Program-made: the position numbers and the translations under genes | Notes under the pieces: model-generated | What the model was told of the DNA's origin: nothing | Seen by the model: only the letters and a program-made list of their open reading frames with translations | The model's database searches: none | Shown here: in pieces, positions 58,294-64,000 of the stretch | Position numbering within the stretch: position 1 is the first letter of the stretch | Layout of the letters: each line of letters begins with the position of its first letter | From: an uncultured Victivallales bacterium | GTDB taxonomy: Bacteria; Verrucomicrobiota; Kiritimatiellia; UBA8416; CAYSRM01 | NCBI GenBank assembly: GCA_964475205.1 | Contig: CAYYVQ010000007.1 | Location: forward strand, 1,604 to 65,603 | DNA length: 64,000 bases | Direction: 5' to 3'

Positions 58294-59835
58294 TTACCGG
58301 CAGTTGATTCTCAGCCCTGTCATTCGGATTCTTTCAGGACTGTCTACGTCAAGTTCCACATCTTCCTGAGCCCTGCCTGACGACGAAAGCTCGACCTTGT
58401 TCTGCCGCTGCTTTCCGTCAACCTGATAGACCCATTCTGCATCAACAGTAGAATCAGAGATATCTTGAGCATCAACCCAGAGGTTGTTCCCGCCCGGAAC
58501 AAGCCGGGGCTGAGTATCCATATTGTGTTGAAAACGCACAGTCACATCCAGCGCCTGAAGAGCCACGTTGACATCTCTGCTGTGACTGTACATATCTATT
58601 CGCAACCAGAACTCCCTCAATCCCTGGACGCTGGCACGCCCTTCTTTCCATTCTTTCTGGCCGTTCACTATCGCGCCCCAATGGGGACCGTGCGATTTCA
58701 TATCCAGTGGCCAGACAGTGCGCCGGTCATCGGCGCTCACTGCAAAGCCGCAATAATCTCCTCCCTCACCGACAATGTCATAGTCGAGCATCAGTGAACT
58801 GACAAGGTAAGGCAGTTTGAAATGATACCATACCTCCAGGAAATCATGAGGTCCCTTCGGTTTGAGGGCGCCGTTTTCAAAACAGGCATTGCTCGCCCAT
58901 GCACAGGCATCGGCGCCCTGAAGCAGCGGCTTCCAGCGCAAGCCGCCTGAGCCGTGCCACCGCACAGGCAGCCCTTCATTCCGGCTATGCGTGTCACCCG
59001 AAGGCCATCGGTAATTCGACCAATAGGGTTCATGCTCAGGATACAAGATCTCCCCTGTGCGGCTCAAAGCGGGAATATCCCCATGCATCCCGTTGGGGAA
59101 ACCGTCAACAGGCAGTTCTCCTATCTCAGGGTGCCGTGTAAAAAGAGCCTTGTCAGGCGCCTCGGGAAGCCAGGCCAGACTAACCTGTTGTCCTTTCTTC
59201 AAATCCCAACCCAAACTGCCTCCGAAAAGCGGCTGTTCAATAAAAAGCTGATCGGAAAGCTGGTGACGGTGCGCAAGATGCGCCCTGTCCAGGTGTGTGC
59301 CCAGGGGCTCTGCATGTCCGGGTCTTGGATTCTGAACCAGTTGCGGTTTAGCCGCCAGCTCTGCGCAACTTGCGACTTCGTCATTTTCGTTCAAAAAGTA
59401 CCAGCCTCCGAAAGGATCAAAAGCATGCCATTGCTCTTTTCCGTCATCACCCTTATACCAGACCTCGTAAAATGTATGACCCATCTTGTGAGCAGACACC
59501 CGTCGAGCCTTCAAACCGGCCTGGCAAAGCGCTTCGGTTGCAATCCAGCCCCAGAAAGTGCACTCGCCGTCTCCCCAGCTTGTAAAATTAACCAGCGGAT
59601 CAAAATACCTTGAGTATGCTCCTGATCCGTCGTTGTGCACCGGGTTGGGACCGCCTCTGCGCATGCACATTATAATCCAGAAATAGAAGGCCATCGCTTT
59701 TTCTTTATCGCTCTTTGCTTCTGAAAGCCTGAAACAGTCTTCCGCAAATTCCTTCATTGATCTGTTTGATGGCCAGGCCGTATTCCCGACCCACACGTTC
59801 GCGGCATCCGCAGCCTTATTCTGAGTAGCTGACAC
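58294..59835 (-). CDS. transglutaminase-fold (Cys-His-Asp) protein, function unknown
   Basis: GTG start with AAGGAG 7 nt upstream. Ordered motifs GDGECTFWGW (Cys), GHTFYEVW (His) and WHAFDPFGGW (Asp). No signal peptide. Confidence 0.6.
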   Translation of the reverse strand: MSATQNKAADAANVWVGNTAWPSNRSMKEFAEDCFRLSEAKSDKEKAMAFYFWIIMCMRRGGPNPVHNDGSGAYSRYFDPLVNFTSWGDGECTFWGWIATEALCQAGLKARRVSAHKMGHTFYEVWYKGDDGKEQWHAFDPFGGWYFLNENDEVASCAELAAKPQLVQNPRPGHAEPLGTHLDRAHLAHRHQLSDQLFIEQPLFGGSLGWDLKKGQQVSLAWLPEAPDKALFTRHPEIGELPVDGFPNGMHGDIPALSRTGEILYPEHEPYWSNYRWPSGDTHSRNEGLPVRWHGSGGLRWKPLLQGADACAWASNACFENGALKPKGPHDFLEVWYHFKLPYLVSSLMLDYDIVGEGGDYCGFAVSADDRRTVWPLDMKSHGPHWGAIVNGQKEWKEGRASVQGLREFWLRIDMYSHSRDVNVALQALDVTVRFQHNMDTQPRLVPGGNNLWVDAQDISDSTVDAEWVYQVDGKQRQNKVELSSSGRAQEDVELDVDSPERIRMTGLRINCR

Positions 59836-59986
59836 GATACAACTCCTTTCAGTTCAAGTTTATCACTTTGATTCCAGCTATTTTTACTGGGAATACCACA
59901 GAAAGCAATGGCATTTGTAATGATTCCGCATTGATTTCCTGTTATCTGCTCTGAAGATCAAGCAACAGATATCCAGATATCCAGGT

Positions 59987-60130
59987 TAGCCCGGAATGGC
60001 GCTTAGATAACGCTGTTTGGGATTGAATTTGACGATGGGCATTGAAAATCCTTGTCACACACTCACACACAGGACGCGCGGTGAAACTATACGCTTTGAA
60101 AAGGGCTTAACTAAGCGCCATTCCGGGCTA
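59987..60130. repeat. repeat family B copy 2: perfect 20-bp inverted repeat separated by 104 nt
   Basis: TAGCCCGGAATGGCGCTTAG (59987-60006) and CTAAGCGCCATTCCGGGCTA (60111-60130). It shares the CCG(G)AATGGCGCT terminal motif and an ACAAGGA(A)T.T.CAA interior block with copy 1, in opposite orientation. Confidence 0.7.
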
Positions 60131-60303
60131 GCGCCATGCAATGATGCCATGCGTTCTGAATTCGGGACATTTTTAAAAATGTCTTCCTTTATTCTGTTGA
60201 TCCGGTTAACCTTATTCAGGACAAATCTTGGTAAAGTCTCAGGCGTTAAATTTTGAACGATGTCCATTAATCTAAAACACCTGCAATGAGAAGGGCTTTC
60301 AGT

Positions 60304-61677
60304 ATGAATACAACTCGACAACCTAATATATTGTTTATATTCAGCGACCAGCAACGATGGGATTCTTGCGGATGCTATGGCCAGCCCCTGAATACAACAC
60401 CAAACCTCGACCGGATGGCAGAAGAAGGAGTATGCTTCGAAAATGCATTCACCTGCCAGCCCGTATGCGGCCCTGCTCGCTCATGCCTCCAGACCGGTAA
60501 ATACGCTGCCGAAGTGGGCTGCCACACTAATAACCGACTGCTCCCCCTCGATCATAAGACCATAGCACACCACTTGTCGGAACACGGCTACGACACGGCC
60601 TATATCGGTAAATGGCACCTCGCATCGTGCGGCCCGAGAAACGGGCCGGACAGTTTCAGGCAGCGCCCGGTGCCAATCGACAGGAGGGGCGGATACGACT
60701 ACTGGTTGGCCTCAGATTGTCTCGAATTTACCTCTCACAGCTACGACGGGCACATGTTCGACAATAACGGAAACATGCGGGTATTCCCAGAGGATCGCTA
60801 CAGGGCCGACGCACAGACCGACTGGGTAATAGAGTATCTGCAGGACAGAAAAGAAAGCAGTCAGCCTTTCTTCCTTTTTGTCTCTTACATAGAACCGCAT
60901 CACCAGAACGACCATAATCATTACGAAGGGCCGAAAGGTTCTAAAGAGATGTTCAAGAACTTCACTGTGCCAGGCGACCTTGTCGATACAGACGGGGACT
61001 GGGAAAATGAGTACCCGGATTATCTAGGGTGCGTCCATAGCCTGGACACAAATCTCGGACGGATACAGGATTCAGTCGAAGAACTCGGGCTCAGCGAAAA
61101 CACCCTGATCATCTATACAAGCGACCATGGTTCTCACTTTCGCACGCGCAATAGAGAATACAAAAGATCCTGCCATGACGGGTGCGTTCGTATTCCGCTT
61201 GTCATAAACGGGCCGGGCTTCAAAGGAGGAAAGCGTCAGACAGAAATCGCAAGCCTCATCGACCTGCCGCCAACACTGCTTGACGCAGCAGGTATCCATC
61301 CGCAGGAGCACATTACCATCTACAACTCCATGAGAGGCAGACGCCTGCAGGAACTGTCAGACACCTGCCCTTCAGATTGGCCGAAAGAGGCATTCATCCA
61401 GATAAGCGAAAGCCATTGCGGGCGTGCGATCAGGACCCATAAGTGGAAATACAGCGTCCGTGCTCCTGATAAATCAGGGAACGAACCGTCAAGCGAAGTT
61501 TACGAAGAAGACTTTCTATATGACCTCGAAGCGGATCCTCATGAACGGAACAACCTCGCTGCCGATCCTGCATATGAAGAAATAAGGAAAGATCTTTCGA
61601 TGCGACTCAGGCAGCGCATGATTGAGGCCAACGAAAAAGAGCCCGAAATAAGACCGAAAAACTCAGCCGGAAAATAG
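60304..61677 (+). CDS. Cys-type sulfatase (formylglycine-dependent), no signal peptide
   Basis: ILFIFSDQQRWD metal site and sulfatase signature PVCGPARSCLQTGKY (C-x-P-x-R). An alternative start is at ATG 60286. Confidence 0.88.
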   Translation: MNTTRQPNILFIFSDQQRWDSCGCYGQPLNTTPNLDRMAEEGVCFENAFTCQPVCGPARSCLQTGKYAAEVGCHTNNRLLPLDHKTIAHHLSEHGYDTAYIGKWHLASCGPRNGPDSFRQRPVPIDRRGGYDYWLASDCLEFTSHSYDGHMFDNNGNMRVFPEDRYRADAQTDWVIEYLQDRKESSQPFFLFVSYIEPHHQNDHNHYEGPKGSKEMFKNFTVPGDLVDTDGDWENEYPDYLGCVHSLDTNLGRIQDSVEELGLSENTLIIYTSDHGSHFRTRNREYKRSCHDGCVRIPLVINGPGFKGGKRQTEIASLIDLPPTLLDAAGIHPQEHITIYNSMRGRRLQELSDTCPSDWPKEAFIQISESHCGRAIRTHKWKYSVRAPDKSGNEPSSEVYEEDFLYDLEADPHERNNLAADPAYEEIRKDLSMRLRQRMIEANEKEPEIRPKNSAGK

Positions 61678-61716
61678 AATTCCCGGAAAATGCTTTGAAA
61701 CTGGAGCACAACAAGC

Positions 61717-62583
61717 TCACCCGCTTCCCAGCGCTTCGGAAACATAGTCGCATTGTTCCTCGGAATGATATGAACTTCGGACAAGCGGAGCGGAAACAAC
61801 AACCTTGCACCCGCTATCCAATCCCTTTTTCCTGAAAACATCAAAAACTTCCGGCTCCACATATCTGTCCACAGGAAGATGCTGACTGGTAGGCTGCAGA
61901 TACTGACCTATGTATAAAATCTGACAACCGGTTCCGGCTGCATCATCAATCAAGCTATAAATCTCTTCGTCAGTCTCGCCAAGCCCAACCATGATTCCGG
62001 TCTTTGTTATCATCCCTTTTTCCGCCGACCGCTTGAGTATTTTCAAGGATTGATCATAGTCGGCTTGAGGGCGCGCAACATCATACATTCTCCTCACCGT
62101 CTCAAGATTGTGCCCGAAAACTTCCGGTTGCTGCGCGGCAACAATTTCAAAAGCCGCCAGGCTTCCGTTGAAATCAGGCACAAGAACCTCTACCCGGATT
62201 GATGGATTCTTCTCTCGGATACGGCGAATTGAATCAGCCCAGATTCCTGCGCCTCCGTCCGGAAGGTCGTCGCGGGTAACAGAAGTAATCACAACCTCAT
62301 TAAGACCCATTTTTGACACGGCATCGGCTACGCGCTCAGGTTCGCCAAGATCACAACCAAGCGGCTTGCCGGAACCCACATTACAGAAACGGCAAGATCG
62401 CGAACACGTGTCTCCAAGGATCATCAGGGTAGCCCTGCCATGATTCCAGCATTTGCCCATGTTAGGGCACATGGCTTCTTTACAGACGGTATGAAGGTTC
62501 CCGCTATCAACAATTCCTTTGAGCCTGGAAAAATTCTCGCCAGAAGGCAATCTGACTCTCAGCCACTTCGGTTTTCTCTTCAT
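61717..62583 (-). CDS. lipA: lipoyl synthase
   Basis: CKEAMCPNMGKCW auxiliary cluster and CSRSCRFCNV radical-SAM motif. Confidence 0.93.
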   Translation of the reverse strand: MKRKPKWLRVRLPSGENFSRLKGIVDSGNLHTVCKEAMCPNMGKCWNHGRATLMILGDTCSRSCRFCNVGSGKPLGCDLGEPERVADAVSKMGLNEVVITSVTRDDLPDGGAGIWADSIRRIREKNPSIRVEVLVPDFNGSLAAFEIVAAQQPEVFGHNLETVRRMYDVARPQADYDQSLKILKRSAEKGMITKTGIMVGLGETDEEIYSLIDDAAGTGCQILYIGQYLQPTSQHLPVDRYVEPEVFDVFRKKGLDSGCKVVVSAPLVRSSYHSEEQCDYVSEALGSG

Positions 62584-62592
62584 GTAAGACTT

Positions 62593-63045
62593 TCAAAAGG
62601 AGCTGTATTCATCAGCCTCTTCTCCCGATTCAGAATCAGCCTTGCGATCTTTTCTTTTGAAAAGACCAGCAAAAAACCCACCCACTCGCTTGAAGAATTT
62701 GCCCATCTTCTTCTTGAGCCCCGGACTTTTCAGCTTTTCCAGCCTGTGATACCCGGCAAGAACTTCCTCAGGGGTGAAATCCTTTCTATGGACGTTTTCC
62801 TCAAGTTCCATTTGTAACCTGTCAACTTCCGAATCTCGGTCGACATATTCAGCTTCAATACTGTGCCATCCAAGCTCTTTTGCAGCAGTCAACCTTCTGT
62901 ACCCCGAAATAAGCTGGTTCTGGCGGGTCAACACAAGGGGACTCAACTGTCCTATCTCGTGCATACTTTTCTTTAACGAGTCTATATTGCCAGGCTCCTT
63001 GCGGATCCTGTCTTTCACCACAACTGAATCTACCGCCACCTGCAT
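62593..63045 (-). CDS. ParB N-terminal (ParB/Srx) domain protein lacking an HTH, with a basic amphipathic C-terminus
   Basis: 150-aa ORF. IGQLSPLVL...LISGYRRLTAAKELGW matches the ParB-N box. The tail MGKFFKRVGGFFAGLFKRK is followed by an acidic end. Confidence 0.7.
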   Translation of the reverse strand: MQVAVDSVVVKDRIRKEPGNIDSLKKSMHEIGQLSPLVLTRQNQLISGYRRLTAAKELGWHSIEAEYVDRDSEVDRLQMELEENVHRKDFTPEEVLAGYHRLEKLKSPGLKKKMGKFFKRVGGFFAGLFKRKDRKADSESGEEADEYSSF

Positions 63046-63087
63046 AACGATCTCCTGTTTTTCCGAGCTGACCAGCGCAGTATTATC

Positions 63088-63104
63088 ATGAATAGATCAG
63101 GCTA
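63088..63104 (-). repeat. solo terminal repeat of family A, overlapping the uxaC stop codon
   Basis: The minus strand reads TAGCCTGATCTATTCAT, identical to the family A terminus at 7400-7416 and 46926-46942. No further similarity inward. Confidence 0.65.
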
Positions 63105-64000
63105 AATCCCGAAATCAAAATACCGCGACGCATTATTATAACAGATATCCCTGACCATATTGCCGACCATTTCCATATCGTCGGGAATAAGCCCTCTTTT
63201 CAAGTCCTCACCAAGAATATTGCAGAGAATCCTGCGGAAATAATCATGCCTGGGATAACTCAAAAAAGATCTGCTGTCGGTAAGCATCCCGACAAAACGA
63301 CTCAAGAGACCCATCTGAGAAAGACTTTCGATCTGACGTTCAATGCCGTCTTTCTGGTCCATAAACCACCAGCCGCTGCCGAACTGCATTTTGCCAGGCA
63401 CTGAAGGATCCTGAAAGTTCCCTATCATCGTGGCAAGAACCGCATTGTCCCGGGGGTTCAAGTTATAGAGGATTGTTCTCGACAACCTGCCCGCAGAATC
63501 AAGCCGATCCAGGATTCGCGACAATGGTTCGGCTATCCTCTTGTCACTGATCGAATCAAAACCTGTGTCAGGACCAAGGCGGCGCGACATCCTCGTGTTA
63601 TTCTGCCGCATGGCGCCCATGTGATACTGCTGCGCCCAGCCTTTCTCGGCATTCATCAAGCAAAGTTCATAAAGCATTGCAGAAGCAAACTTTCGAGCGT
63701 CTCCATCGGATACATTTCTGCCGGATCGCAAAGTGTCAAATATTTTTTCAATTTCACCAGCGGTATATTGATCGGCGCACGGGGCCTCCATACCGTGATC
63801 AGAAAGGCGGCAACCGTTTTCGTGAAAATAGTCATGCCTTTTTCTCAACGCGTCAAGGTAGGCGTCAAACGTTGCAATATTAATGTTAGCCGATTTTTCA
63901 AGATCTTTGAGCCAGGCTACAAAAGCCGTGGGATTGCCAACGGCCATAGCCTTGTCAGGCCGCCAGGCCGGCAGAACCGCGACATCAAAAGATTCATCCT
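63102..64000 (-). CDS. uxaC: glucuronate isomerase (5' end outside the window)
   Basis: The C-terminal ~300 aa resemble UxaC (LPAWRPDKAM..., GSGWWF, MLTDSRSFLSYPRH). The reading frame stays open upstream of the first ATG to the window edge. Confidence 0.9.
   Translation of the reverse strand, partial: DESFDVAVLPAWRPDKAMAVGNPTAFVAWLKDLEKSANINIATFDAYLDALRKRHDYFHENGCRLSDHGMEAPCADQYTAGEIEKIFDTLRSGRNVSDGDARKFASAMLYELCLMNAEKGWAQQYHMGAMRQNNTRMSRRLGPDTGFDSISDKRIAEPLSRILDRLDSAGRLSRTILYNLNPRDNAVLATMIGNFQDPSVPGKMQFGSGWWFMDQKDGIERQIESLSQMGLLSRFVGMLTDSRSFLSYPRHDYFRRILCNILGEDLKRGLIPDDMEMVGNMVRDICYNNASRYFDFGI

Noticed and set aside
1-64000. Scan for tRNA T-arm words (GGTTCGAATCC-like), rRNA, tmRNA ends, CRISPR-type regularly spaced repeats, transposases and phage genes.
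   Set aside because: I could recognise none by eye. Absence should be confirmed with tRNAscan-SE, Infernal, a CRISPR finder and ISfinder searches.

Overview
The window reads as densely coding core chromosome (about 50 protein genes) from a Gram-negative, strictly anaerobic, glycan-degrading bacterium. I guess a PVC-group lineage such as Kiritimatiellota or Lentisphaerota, but I cannot verify that here. I found no rRNA, tRNA, CRISPR array, transposase or phage genes by eye. Recognisable content, in order: a sugar-phosphate isomerase; a receiver plus a kinase-like membrane protein; ComM/YifB; a PabB-PabC fusion; a porin; rubrerythrin; a 1115-aa GIDE/LemA membrane protein; and a five-gene type IV pilus / T2SS-like block (secretin, PilM-N fusion, PilO-like, PilP-like, GspE-type ATPase). 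A housekeeping run follows (anSME, PfkB kinase, aroQ, ricT, holB, tmk, cysS, ispF), then N-acylglucosamine 2-epimerase with a Na+/solute symporter. Next is a seven-gene unit holding a HydABC-type [FeFe]-hydrogenase with a histidine kinase, two receivers and a TonB-dependent receptor. After that come nadE, three exported proteins, waaA, xerC-topA-dprA, TrpB2, a leaderless glycan-trimming cluster (GH20, GH38, transglutaminase-fold protein, Cys-type sulfatase), lipA, a ParB-N-only protein and a truncated uxaC. Most of this is ordinary. I do not see a clear new multi-gene system such as a defence island. The points most worth a second look are these. (i) Two families of short non-coding inverted-repeat elements: family A has TA-flanked termini that supply TAG stop codons for upstream genes, and family B sits in the two longest intergenic gaps upstream of glycan genes. 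(ii) The tightly coupled kinase-hydrogenase-receiver-TonB receptor unit, including a TSCSPGW variant of the H-cluster L1 motif. (iii) The GIDE-GIDE-LemA fusion. (iv) A bacterial protein with a perfectly spaced C2H2 zinc-finger motif. (v) A transglutaminase-fold protein between the GH38 and sulfatase genes. All functional calls come from motif recognition in the supplied translations; no database search was run.
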